Assembly: GCA_963665775.2 (NCBI GenBank)
Contig: CAXXTF010000001.1
Span: 672,001 to 736,000, forward strand
DNA from: Dehalococcoidia bacterium
Lineage (GTDB): Bacteria > Chloroflexota > Dehalococcoidia > SM23-28-2 > RBG-16-64-32
DNA: 64,000 bases
Direction of reading: 5' to 3'
The notes under the pieces: generated by a model
The model's database searches: none
Seen by the model: only the letters and a program-made list of their open reading frames with translations
Told to the model about the DNA's origin: nothing
Program-made: the position numbers and the translations under genes
Shown: positions 10,401 through 19,950 of the stretch, piece after piece
How the letters are laid out: each line of letters opens with the position of its first letter
Position numbering within the stretch: position 1 is the stretch's first letter

Positions 10401-11004
10401 CTTGCCGACCATGATCCTTGCCGACGGCGGATCCGAGACCGGCTCTCTTCATTATCGTGTGACAAGGGTGCCTGATTGACCGCCAGTGATCTCTTGGAAG
10501 AGCCTGCCGCCGTCGGCGTTGAACTCGGTGAGGACGCATGAAGGATTCCCTGGCAGACCCGCGGATCGATTTTGCCGCCCCACAGGTGTAAAAGAGGCGA
10601 AAGTAACACGGAACTTCGACCGCTAATCAGGTGAGATAATCTCTGGCGATTTCCGGCCCACAGCTCTTCTTGGCTAATAATCCGGCGAATTGTGCGCACA
10701 ACGCGTTGGCTCATGGTGACGGAAAGACTGTAATCGAGCCATATGATTGTCGCTGCTCGCGTCCAGACAATATCCGTTACGGCACGGTAGTACCCATCCG
10801 CTACCCAGCGATCTCCCGTCAAGGCCTACTTACGCGGTCTCTAAAGACGCCTCTCGGATAAGGAGTCCAGTTCGGTCCCCAGCGCAGATGGTCAAGGTCG
10901 ACGTGAGGGATGCGGAGGCGCTCCGCCAATCGCTTTGCCAGTTCGGTCTTGCCGGAGCCGGGACTACCTACCACAGAGATGCGGCAATTGCGGGCTAGAT
11001 GCAT
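10388..11004 (-). pseudogene. frameshifted adenylate-kinase-like P-loop protein
   Basis: GSPGSGKT Walker A in 10819..11004 continues in another frame as GDRWVADGYY...IIWLDY; one base missing near 10822. Confidence 0.8.
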
Positions 11005-11212
11005 TAGAAAGACATTGTACTCCGCCTCGACTTTCTCCCCCGGAATTCGCCACTCGCCCCAACTCCAAGCCCGGTACCGGACCGCTTGGCGTCGGCAGTC
11101 AATCGATAGCCATTAATCCCCAGACGACATCGTTGGCCCCATTTAGGCTACTTCGATCGGGAGGCTATGCGCTGCGCTTGCCCGTTAGCAATACGCAGGT
11201 AATCTGCTTATA

Positions 11213-11599
11213 ATGTATTCCATGGGAAGAAAGCCCAACGCGCTGTTGCCGCTTGAGATATCCATCCTTGAGTCAGCGACCGACCTGAAGCGAGGTGGAG
11301 TGGAAGAGTTCCACGGGTTCGGTATCGCCAAGGAGATCAGAGATCGCGAGGGCGCTCGTCTTCTGGCGGCCCATGGGACGCTGTACAGGGCCTTGGGCCG
11401 GATGGAGAAGGCGGGCCTGCTGGTCAGCCAGTGGGAAGACCCAATCTGGGCCGCGAGTGAGAAGCGCCGGCGGCGTCACACTTATCGCGTGACACCGGCT
11501 GGTGAAGGGGCGCTCTCTAGAGCTAAGTCCATTCTGACCTGCTTCCATGAACACTACGTCACGCCATGTTGGTGGTGTCCGAGACGTTCGACCGGATAG
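11213..11599 (+). CDS. PadR-family transcriptional regulator
   Basis: HGFGIAKEI, GTLYRALGRME, RRHTYRVT; TATAAT at 11209-11214 suggests a leaderless start at ATG 11222; C-terminus atypical. Confidence 0.8.
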   Translation: MYSMGRKPNALLPLEISILESATDLKRGGVEEFHGFGIAKEIRDREGARLLAAHGTLYRALGRMEKAGLLVSQWEDPIWAASEKRRRRHTYRVTPAGEGALSRAKSILTCFHEHYVTPCWWCPRRSTG

Positions 11600-11743
11600 T
11601 GTGGCCCGCGCCGTAGTCTCCAGGGAGCTGAACGATATCTGGGAGCTGGAGATCGGGCTGTGAGGTGGGCCTATTACGGTACGCAAGCCCAGGGCTGTAA
11701 CGCGCCTGACACTATGTGTCGTCAGCGCAGGTGACCGAACGAA

Positions 11744-12802
11744 TCAGCGCTGGTCGAAATCTAGCGACAGGCTGTTGATGCACCAACGCTGGCCGCTCCT
11801 ATCGCGTGGCCCGTCGTCGAAGACGTGACCGAGGTGGGAATCGCAGCGGGCGCACCTCACCTCCGTGCGGGCCATCCCCTGCGAACGGTCCTCGATAAGA
11901 TCGACCGCCTCCGGTGACACGGCATCGGTGAAGCTAGGCCAGCCGCAGTCGGAGTGGTACTTGGCCTCGCTGTCGAAGAGCGGGCTGCTGCAGGCGGCGC
12001 AGCGGTACATCCCGTCGTCGTCCGTATCGACGTACTCGCCGGTGAAAGGGCGCTCGGTCCCGGCCTGGCGGAGGACAGCGTACTGCTCCGGCGTCAGGCG
12101 ACGGCGCCACTCTTCGTCGTTCTCGGCTAACGGCAAGGGTCCGCCCTCCGGTTCCGACGATGTGGGGATCGCGCAGGAAACGCCCGTTCCAGCCAGGCCG
12201 CAGTACCCGTTCGGCACTTTGTGGAGGTACTGTTGGTGCCCCTCCTCCGCATAGTAGAAAGGGCCGGCCGGCGCGATCTCGGTGGTAGTCTCGGGGAAGC
12301 CGGCCTGCTGGAGGGCCTCGTTGTAGGCGTCGCTCGCGGACTCAGCGATCCGCCACTGCTCGTCGTCAGTGTAGTAGATGCCGGAACGATACTGAGTGCC
12401 AACATCATTGCCCTGGCGCATGCCCTGCGTCGGGTCATGCTCCTCGAAGAACGTCTTCAGCAGCAACTCGTAAGGTACCTTAACCGGGTCGAACGCTACG
12501 AGAACGGCCTCCGCGTGCCCGGTGCGACCCGAGCAGACCTCGTCGTAGGTGGGGTTCTTAGTGAAGCCGCCGGTGTATCCGGCTGCCGTCGTGTAAACGC
12601 CGGGCAGCTGCCAGAAGAGGCGCTCCGCACCCCAGAAGCACCCGAGCGCGAACACAGCGGTCTGGATGCCGTCGGGAAATGGCGGCTCAAGCACGGTTCC
12701 GAGGACGGCGTGCCGCGCGGGGATAGTGAACGCTGGCTGGTTTCGGCCAGGCAGGGCGTCGTCCGAGCCAATCATCTCGTTCTTGTGCTTGCTGAAGAGC
12801 AT
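11744..12802 (-). CDS. msrAB: bifunctional methionine sulfoxide reductase MsrA/MsrB
   Basis: GCFWG and [19 protein letters not shown] (MsrA); [27 protein letters not shown] (MsrB). Confidence 0.96.
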   Translation of the reverse strand: MLFSKHKNEMIGSDDALPGRNQPAFTIPARHAVLGTVLEPPFPDGIQTAVFALGCFWGAERLFWQLPGVYTTAAGYTGGFTKNPTYDEVCSGRTGHAEAVLVAFDPVKVPYELLLKTFFEEHDPTQGMRQGNDVGTQYRSGIYYTDDEQWRIAESASDAYNEALQQAGFPETTTEIAPAGPFYYAEEGHQQYLHKVPNGYCGLAGTGVSCAIPTSSEPEGGPLPLAENDEEWRRRLTPEQYAVLRQAGTERPFTGEYVDTDDDGMYRCAACSSPLFDSEAKYHSDCGWPSFTDAVSPEAVDLIEDRSQGMARTEVRCARCDSHLGHVFDDGPRDRSGQRWCINSLSLDFDQR

Positions 12803-13001
12803 CTCCTTGCCTCCAGAATAAAGTATAACCGTTGTCGAGCGAACGTGGCGCGGGCGCAATGAAAAACCTTTCGGGTCGTCACCGACTAGGGGCGGTCAGA
12901 TGCGGATGGAATTTTTGCGTCCCGCAACCTTATCAAAGGCCATTCTAGAATGACCACACCGTTTCGCGGCATCCTTTAGATATGGGACCTTCGACTTTCA
13001 G

Positions 13002-13580
13002 CTAGAGACTGTCTGCGAATTCTTGAGACGTAGTCACCTCAGCCATCCGAGAAATCACATTCTCCACCGCCCAGTCGTGCTCTTCCTGACGGGATGCCGC
13101 GCAGCAGTCCTCAACTAGAAAGACCTGATAGTCCAGGTCGGCGGCATATCGTACAGCGGCCTCCACGCTGAAGATGGTGCTCATCCCCATGATGAATATC
13201 GTCTCGACATCGTGAGCCCTGAGAACGGACTCCAACTCCGATCCGAAGAACGGATTGACCCGCGGCCGGCTTACCACGACTTCGCCAGGCGCTGGCCTGA
13301 CCAGCTCGTGGAACTCCACGTTATCGCTGCCGGCCTTTAGCGAGCCGTTTGCCTTGATCATGCTGAAGAGCTTGTTTCGGTCACTAACCTCGGGATAGCC
13401 TTCGCGGAAGCCTATGGTCACGTGAATCACCGGGATGCCATTGGCCCGGGCCGCATCCATAACTCTCTTGGCGTTTTCCATCGTGTTTCGCTCCTGGACC
13501 ATCTTATTGCCGGCGTTGCGTTGGAAGAGTTCGCTGGCGATGATCGCGGTCCTCGTCTTGTCGAATGAGAGCTCTCTCAA
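13002..13580 (-). CDS. isochorismatase / cysteine hydrolase family protein
   Basis: AARANGIPVIHV, GMSTIFSVEAAVRYAADLDY, EDCCA; probable TTG start at 13580. Confidence 0.85.
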   Translation of the reverse strand: MRELSFDKTRTAIIASELFQRNAGNKMVQERNTMENAKRVMDAARANGIPVIHVTIGFREGYPEVSDRNKLFSMIKANGSLKAGSDNVEFHELVRPAPGEVVVSRPRVNPFFGSELESVLRAHDVETIFIMGMSTIFSVEAAVRYAADLDYQVFLVEDCCAASRQEEHDWAVENVISRMAEVTTSQEFADSL

Positions 13581-13817
13581 GATATACCTTCTTCCTGGGC
13601 TAGTGGCGTTGGGCCAGGTCAAGTATGAACCTTAGGGCACCCGAGACTCAAACAGGCATGCTCAAGGCCCTCGACGACGCCTAGTCACGTCCCGAGTTGC
13701 TTCCTAGCATCGCTTTTCCCGAATACAGGGCTGAGCGTACTAAAATGCCTTCTGGGCACTCAAGATTCACCAATGTTTCCTGCCGCCTGAGTTGAGCTTG
13801 CTATTGAGACAAGGCTT

Positions 13818-13960
13818 CTATGATGAAGAGCCCCAGTCGGTCGGTTTGTAGCCATCCCAGGACTCCAGCATGCCAAGCTCGGAATAGCGGAGGCGCCACC
13901 GCCAGGCCGTCCAGCCGATGTTGCGTTCCTCAGCGTATTGGAGCAGGGGGCCAAGCATGC
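13818..13960 (-). pseudogene. possible C-terminal fragment of a GH5-like glycoside hydrolase
   Basis: LLQYAEERNIGWTAWRW...SWDGYKPTDWG resembles the GWxxW terminal strand of GH5; no intact N-terminus. Confidence 0.4.
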
Positions 13961-14200
13961 CTGTGCCAATCGCAGAGGCGCACCGAGCCCCGGACCACAT
14001 CACAATTGAATCACGGACAGTACGGTATCGATTGCCTACCCAGCGGGGGACGAATATAATACCGCCATCGGCTTATCACCAACTTGGTAAGGTGCGAGGC
14101 TGGGTTGGAAAACCGTCGTGATGGTGTGTCACCGCCCTCACCTTTACGCTGGTGATCCTACCGTCTCCTTCCTATAAGGGCATTTAGCAAAGGAGCGAAT

Positions 14201-15382
14201 ATGGCTGAGGAGTTCAGCATTAAGGATAAGGTCTGCGTTGTCGGCATCGGCGAGACGGAATTCACCAAGGCCGGGGTCATCACCCGCAGCGAGTTTCAGT
14301 TAGCCTGCGAGGCCATCGTCAAGGCGGTCGATGACGCGGGTCTCAAGATGACCGACATCAACGGCATCTGCTCCTACGCAAATGACCGTAACGAGGCAGT
14401 ACGTCTCGCCACGGCCCTGGGGATTCCCGACCTCGCCTTCAGCAACATGCAATGGAGCGGTGGCGGTGGTGGAGGCTCGGCATCTGTGGCCAATGCCTGC
14501 GCTGCAATCGTCGCTGGCTATGCTAAGAACGTGGTGGCCTTCCGCGCTCTGGCCCAGGGGCAATTTGGCCGATTCGGCCAGGGACTCGCTGCCAGATCTG
14601 ACAGGATCACCGGCCAGGCAGCGTACACCGCTCCCTTCGGCGTGATGACGGCGGGTCAGAATCTAGCCGCCATGCCGGCTCGGCGCCATATGCACGAGTT
14701 CGGGACTAAGCATGAACACTTCGGTGCTATCTCGATGGCCAGCTATAAGCACGCCCAGCGCAACCCTCGCGCCATCATGTATGGTCGCCCTCTGACTATG
14801 GAGACTTACCTGAATTCCCGCTGGATTGCGGAGCCTCTGCACCTGTTTGATTGCTGCCTGGAGAACGACGGCGCCGCAGCGGCGGTGCTGACCTCCGCTG
14901 AGAGGGCCAAGGATCTGAAGCCACGGCCCGTATACATCATGGCGGCAGCCCAGGGGAACGGATTTCGCTATGGCGCCGGCGCCCACAACGGTCCCAACTA
15001 CGTCACGACCAATCATGACGTTGTGGCACCTCGGCTGTGGCAGATGGCCGGCATCGGTCCTCAGGATGTGGATGTGGCCCAGTTCTATGAGAACTTCACT
15101 CCGCTGGTCCTCATGTCCATTGAGGACTACGGTTTTTGCAAAAAGGGTGAAGGGGGTCCGTTCGTCGAGGGCGGGCGGATCGAGTGGCCGGATGGCGAGC
15201 TGCCGATCAATACCAGCGGCGGCAATCTAGCCGAGGCCTACATCCACGGCTTCGAGCTGATTACTGAGGGAGTGCGGCAGGTGCGCGGTACGTCCAACTG
15301 CCAGGTGAAGGACGCGGAGATTAGCCTTGTGGTCAGCGGTCCAGGTGTGACCCCAGTAAGCTCTCTTATTCTGCGGAGGTAA
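14201..15382 (+). CDS. thiolase-like protein (SCP2/lipid-transfer type)
   Basis: VVGIGETEF, DCCLENDGAAA, YENFT, INTSGGNLAEAYIHG. Confidence 0.92.
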   Translation: MAEEFSIKDKVCVVGIGETEFTKAGVITRSEFQLACEAIVKAVDDAGLKMTDINGICSYANDRNEAVRLATALGIPDLAFSNMQWSGGGGGGSASVANACAAIVAGYAKNVVAFRALAQGQFGRFGQGLAARSDRITGQAAYTAPFGVMTAGQNLAAMPARRHMHEFGTKHEHFGAISMASYKHAQRNPRAIMYGRPLTMETYLNSRWIAEPLHLFDCCLENDGAAAAVLTSAERAKDLKPRPVYIMAAAQGNGFRYGAGAHNGPNYVTTNHDVVAPRLWQMAGIGPQDVDVAQFYENFTPLVLMSIEDYGFCKKGEGGPFVEGGRIEWPDGELPINTSGGNLAEAYIHGFELITEGVRQVRGTSNCQVKDAEISLVVSGPGVTPVSSLILRR

Positions 15383-15384
15383 GC

Positions 15385-15825
15385 ATGGCCGACCAGTTCT
15401 TTCCCCCAGGTATGCCTTTACCAGCTTCGGACCCCAGCAGTGAGGACGCTGGCTTCTGGGAAGCCTGCGGTCGCCATGAACTGGTCGTCCAGCGCTGTAC
15501 GGACTGTGGCACCTTCCGCCACACCCCAGAGGTCATCTGCTACAAGTGCCTCTCCTTCAACTACGAATGGCACAGGGTGAGCGGGAAGGGTAGGATCTAC
15601 AGCCACATGAATGTTGTCTATCCAACACACCCGGCCTTGCGAGAGCGGGTGCCCTACAATGCGATCCTCGTGGAGCTAGAGGACGCCCAAGGGATACGGA
15701 TGGTGGGCAATCTCGTGGATTGTTCCTATGAAGATATCCATATAGGGATGCCCGTAGAGGTCTGTTTCGAAGACCACCCTGATAAGGACGTGACGCTCCC
15801 CCTCTGGAAGCGGCTCGATCAGTAG
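15385..15825 (+). CDS. DUF35 Zn-ribbon/OB-fold partner of the thiolase
   Basis: FWEAC...QRCTDCG...CYKC, PYNAILVELED, HIGMPVEV; directly after thiolase. Confidence 0.92.
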   Translation: MADQFFPPGMPLPASDPSSEDAGFWEACGRHELVVQRCTDCGTFRHTPEVICYKCLSFNYEWHRVSGKGRIYSHMNVVYPTHPALRERVPYNAILVELEDAQGIRMVGNLVDCSYEDIHIGMPVEVCFEDHPDKDVTLPLWKRLDQ

Positions 15826-16374
15826 GGGTTGGTCCTCTGGGATCGGTCTATGCTGGGACGACTTCCTGGTGGGCTCATGCAAACCGATTCCAACGTCCAG
15901 CTGGTGGAGAGCTACCTCAATGACGGCATTTCAGGTATTCCGATTCTGCACGCTGCGGGGTTGTCGCTAACCGGTGGCCAACCTCACTCTGCTGACAATT
16001 CTTGCCCAGTCAGTTTTCAAGCGGTACCTCCCGGGTTGGCAGACAGGCAAAGTCAGGCCGATAAGGTACTTCGCTCTACTTGCGCTTGTTCCAGGCGAGA
16101 GATATGACCCATTCGGCCTGGCGTGGCACGCGCTGACTGATCCCAAAAAGCTAAGTGTGACCGAGAGGCTGGCATGGTCAGCGAGCGCAAGGAGAAGCTG
16201 AGACGTACAGAGACATATGCCTTTGACAGGAGGCAAAGTGCCAACCAACGAGACAGTTGTCGCGGCACTCTCGAATCTTGGCTTCCCGTTCTGCTGATCT
16301 GGAGACCGCCTAACGCTGGTCATTGAGGTCACCTGCATCGGCCGAATGCGAGGAAACGGAAGCCGTGCTCTCTC

Positions 16375-16530
16375 CCGATGCCCAAGAAGGTCAATCCGGC
16401 CTCTTCTAATAAGTGATCTATCTAGGAGGTTTCTTGCGTCGAGAAGCGTTCGTCGCTTCATGACCTTGGCCACGTTGGTCCAAGGTCTCTGTTCGAACTC
16501 CTCCCAGCCGATCATCAGCACCAACGATTA
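16375..16530 (-). pseudogene. UDP-glucose/GDP-mannose dehydrogenase C-terminal fragment 1
   Basis: VLMIGWEEFEQRPWTNVAKVMKRRTLLDARNLLD matches the xTEWxEF...DxRN tail of this family. Confidence 0.7.
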
Positions 16531-16555
16531 CGCTCGCCGCCCGATATCGCGAAGC

Positions 16556-16834
16556 CTAATCCGGTGGCTCATCGCTCCTCTCCGAACGGATGCCCTGCCG
16601 CACGGAAGGTGGCACCTGAAGTACTATGAGATCGCCGGGGCCACAGTCGAAATATTCGCAGAGCCGCTCCAGGACAGCTAGATCTACGCGCCTGCCCTGA
16701 CCAGCCGCGAGACGTGACAGTGTGCTGGGGAATATTCCAGTCGCCTTGTGGATATCCGCATACGTAACACGACGCCCTTCAACCCGGGCCTTGGCTGCCA
16801 TCAACTCCCTAAGCCGAAATCTGATCACCTGCAC
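16556..16834 (-). CDS. Cro/C1-type (XRE) HTH repressor
   Basis: FRLRELMA...ATGIFPSTLSRLA...VLERLCEYFDCGPGDLI. Confidence 0.9.
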   Translation of the reverse strand: MQVIRFRLRELMAAKARVEGRRVTYADIHKATGIFPSTLSRLAAGQGRRVDLAVLERLCEYFDCGPGDLIVLQVPPSVRQGIRSERSDEPPD

Positions 16835-16863
16835 TTGACATCCTTAGCGCTTTAGCGTATAAT
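16835..16863 (+). promoter_or_regulatory. perfect-consensus sigma70 promoter with repeated TTAGC boxes
   Basis: TTGACA-17 bp-TATAAT; four TTAGC copies between 16844 and 16890. Confidence 0.85.
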
Positions 16864-16905
16864 CTTAGCATCTACGCGAATACTCTTAGCTCTAGGGCTT
16901 ACGTT

Positions 16906-17778
16906 ATGCTGGTCGTCCCCGATTCACGTTGTGAGATCTGTAGTACCTCCAGAAACCTGGAGGTCCACCACATCGAGCCTCGCCGGATGGGAGGCTCCCG
17001 CCGTCCCGAGATCGAAGCTCCCTCCAATAAGGCCGTCCTCTGCCGCTCCTGCCACACAGAGATCACCGAGCAGCGCTGGCGCCTCAGCCGCACAAAGACC
17101 GAGCTCATTATCACCGATGTGGCCACGGGAGATGTCGTGGCGCGACGCCTGAGGGATCCGAAGTTCGACCCCTCCCAGTACTTCCAAGAGCTCAACCTCC
17201 TCGAGGCTCAGCTTGAGGACCTCGTTCAAGGCATACCTTATCTCACTGACGACCAGCTCGTCGACCTCTTCAGCCACCTCAGCACACTGGATCAGCACAG
17301 CTGGAAGGCCCAGGCAGCCGTCCTCTGGGAGGCGAAGCGCCGCAGCGTCTACGGAGACCGGGCCTGGGAGGCGATGGGTCGCGCCTTCGGCATCGGCTGG
17401 CGACAGGCCTACAACCTGGCCCGGGTCTGGGAGGTCTTCTTCATGGGCAAAGACGGCCAATTTTGCAATCAAATGCAAAATTCAAGCCTTCAAGAGGTCA
17501 CCTGGTATGTCGTGGCCAGCGAGACCGACGGCCCCCACTTCTGGCTGGCCTACGCCGAGGATCGCAAGGCACAGTACCCGGGCTACTCCATATCAGACTT
17601 TCGTGACGAGATCAGCATAGCCGGGGCGAAACAGGACGACCCGAGCGCTCCCGGCAGCGATCCTCAGCGCTGCCAGTGGCTACGGGTCTACTGCACCAAG
17701 CTCAGGCGTGTGGTCCGGCCCGGCGACTGCCCCGGCTGCGATCTGCCCGCCCCATCTGTCCAGGAGGCCTCATCATGA
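16906..17778 (+). CDS. HNH endonuclease domain protein with unknown C-terminal region
   Basis: CEIC...EVHHIEPRRMGG...NKAVLCRSCH at N-terminus; Cys cluster C-x6-C-x11-C-x2-C at C-terminus. Confidence 0.8.
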   Translation: MLVVPDSRCEICSTSRNLEVHHIEPRRMGGSRRPEIEAPSNKAVLCRSCHTEITEQRWRLSRTKTELIITDVATGDVVARRLRDPKFDPSQYFQELNLLEAQLEDLVQGIPYLTDDQLVDLFSHLSTLDQHSWKAQAAVLWEAKRRSVYGDRAWEAMGRAFGIGWRQAYNLARVWEVFFMGKDGQFCNQMQNSSLQEVTWYVVASETDGPHFWLAYAEDRKAQYPGYSISDFRDEISIAGAKQDDPSAPGSDPQRCQWLRVYCTKLRRVVRPGDCPGCDLPAPSVQEASS

Positions 17779-18419
17779 CGACGGAAACATACGACGACCG
17801 GCTGCGCGCCTTTGCCGCGGGGAAGCGGCTGGGGCGCCTGGCCAAGGCCGTGCGCGATCCCTAGGACGGCAGCTGCGACGCCTGCGGCTCCACTCTCCCC
17901 AGCACGCTTTTCGGCCTGAAGGACTCGACGGAAGGCCGCCACTACTTCGTGGGTCAGAACTGCCTGGCCTCACTCCTGGAGATAGGGCTTGTAGCCAGGG
18001 GCCGCTACCGCTAGAGCGCCGAGAAGGCCTACCGCGAAGAGATGGAGGTCAGACGAAACGGGGCAGCCTCAAGCCAGCACGAGTCGCGGGCCCCCGACAG
18101 CCTGGCCGGCGTACGCCCGCCCCTACCCCGACGGTCCGTCTGCATCATCAAGACTGACGCCGACTTCGAGGTCGTAGCACACATCGATGATGGTCAGCGG
18201 CGGGTCACGGGGCGGGCCCGAGAGTCTCGCTGGCGGTCAGCGTGGGCCCGCGACGACCACGGAACAGTCATCCTGGAGCGCGGCCAAGAGCCTAGGCCGA
18301 GAGCTCTGGCGATCGCCGTCCTGAGGGCCTATGGCCGGGCCCTCACCGAATTGCGGCAGGTCGAAGGTCGCGACGCCAGCGTGCCGGACGATGCATCGAA
18401 TGGGGACACCAACAGGTGA
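17775..18419 (+). pseudogene. Zn-ribbon protein with two in-frame TAG codons
   Basis: One 215-codon frame from ATG 17775 with TAG at 17862 and 18012; CDACG...HYFVGQNC; overlaps both neighbours by 4 nt. Confidence 0.7.
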
Positions 18420-18832
18420 TAGGGACCATCGAGGAGCTCAGACTCCTTGTCGAGGATGCGTCCAGGGCCCGGCCTCATCTCACGAGTCGGCTGGAGAAGG
18501 CGGCCTTCCTCCTGCTCCTCCGCCCTGTCGAGAAAGTGGGGAGCGACGAATGGCGCGTAGGCTCCGAGGACGGTCTGCGCTTCTACACGGTGCGCGATGA
18601 TGCCTGCGAATGCTCCGACTACGTGCGGCACGGCAGAGGCCACCTGTGCAAGCATCGCATTGCCGTCTTCCTCCACCTATCTCTGGAAGGGACGGGGCGG
18701 AAGCCAGCTCGAGACCAGCGACGAAAGTCAGGTGGCCCGGGCCACGACCTTGAGAGCTCTTTCAAGGCGGAACGCGCCTCAAAAGGTGGGCAGGACAGAA
18801 TGACGCTGCAAGATCCGATCTTGCAGCGGTAG
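18416..18832 (+). CDS. SWIM zinc-finger protein
   Basis: FYTV...CECSDY...LCKHRIAV (CxC...CxH). Confidence 0.85.
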   Translation: MIGTIEELRLLVEDASRARPHLTSRLEKAAFLLLLRPVEKVGSDEWRVGSEDGLRFYTVRDDACECSDYVRHGRGHLCKHRIAVFLHLSLEGTGRKPARDQRRKSGGPGHDLESSFKAERASKGGQDRMTLQDPILQR

Positions 18833-19189
18833 GGCGCCATGAATGTCGGTGCGGCTCCATCAAGAAGAAGCCTTCGCGTCGGCGACCGAACTGGGACCCT
18901 GCGTCCGCTTCGGCACCACCAGCGCCCAATCCGCGCCCGTCCAACCAAATCCTGAGTTGCATCCGGCGTCAGTGGGCGCAAGAACTCGAGGCCCACATCA
19001 ACCGAGTGCTCTAGCAGGCCCTGCACGAGCCGTAAATGACATGACAGAAAACTAGAAACTGCGAAACAAATTCGGCTGTGGATGCGAACATGACCGCCCT
19101 GCCCGCATAACGCTGCTCACTCCGTATGCTGAAGCCCGCGTTCACGGCATCGTGCACGCATCTGGGAAGGCCGAATGTGATCGATTCTT

Positions 19190-19385
19190 GCCGCCGCCAT
19201 CAAGGACCGCACGCGATCGAATCTCAGCTCGCGAAACTCGTCCCACTCGGTCATAAGGATCAAGAGCTCTGAATCATCAATCGCATGACACACTTCTCGA
19301 TATCGCGCCCCATCACCGAATGAGGTCTCATCATCGAGGTGAACCTCGGGATCATATGCCCTGACCAGAAGCCGCGGGCAGCGAG
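19190..19385 (-). pseudogene. UDP-glucose/GDP-mannose dehydrogenase C-terminal fragment 2
   Basis: VRAYDP...DSELLILMTEWDEFRELRFDRVRSLM. Confidence 0.75.
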
Positions 19386-19459
19386 TCGCTCGCAGATGTT
19401 CATGCCCGGAGAGCCCCGTGTATCGTTCGTGCCTGGCTTCATTGCTAAACCAAGAACAG

Positions 19460-19650
19460 GTCGGCGGCACGGATGAGGGGGAGCTCGGACTGGCGGAGGA
19501 TGCGTTCGTCCTCCTCTAGGTTGGTGCCGGCGAGGCGGACGACGATGGAGATACGGACGGCCATCTGTTTGTGGGCGTCGATGATGCCCTGGGCGATGAT
19601 GTCGACGCGGGTCATGCACCGAAGATGTTGATGAGAACGGCGCGGTATGG
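19460..19650 (-). pseudogene. succinyl-CoA synthetase beta (SucC-like) C-terminal fragment
   Basis: AVLINIFG, frameshift, then TRVDIIAQGIIDAHKQMAVRISIVVRLAGTNLEEDERIL. Confidence 0.7.
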
Positions 19651-19679
19651 GCCGGCGATGAGGGCGACGAGCGGGCCGC

Positions 19680-19823
19680 GACGGCGGGCCCGTCGGATGC
19701 GGCCGGCGGCGATCTGGGTGGGGTAGGGCTTGATCATCTGGAGGGGTTCTCCACCGGCGGGGCCGAATCGAAGAGGAAGATATCCTGGGTGCCGGTGCTA
19801 ACGTCGAGGGCGAGGATGCGCAT
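19680..19823 (-). pseudogene. DUF1786-like N-terminal fragment
   Basis: MRILALDVSTGTQDIFLFDS...VENP, frameshift, then PTQIAAGRIRRA. Confidence 0.55.
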
Positions 19824-19950
19824 GGCGATTCTATGATAGCACCCGGCTGAGAGGGGATGGAGAACCTACGGATGCCTCCGGCTCAACAGCCTCCCAACCG
19901 GTTGCGTCATGGGTACCACCGCGGCGATGCGGCTCAGCTATCTCAGAGCG

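Noticed and set aside
10819-10821. TGA in the kinase-like gene as selenocysteine
   Set aside because: Homology continues in a different frame, so it is a frameshift.
11744-12802. MsrAB as a selenoprotein
   Set aside because: Catalytic positions are Cys codons and the terminal TGA follows a complete MsrB domain.
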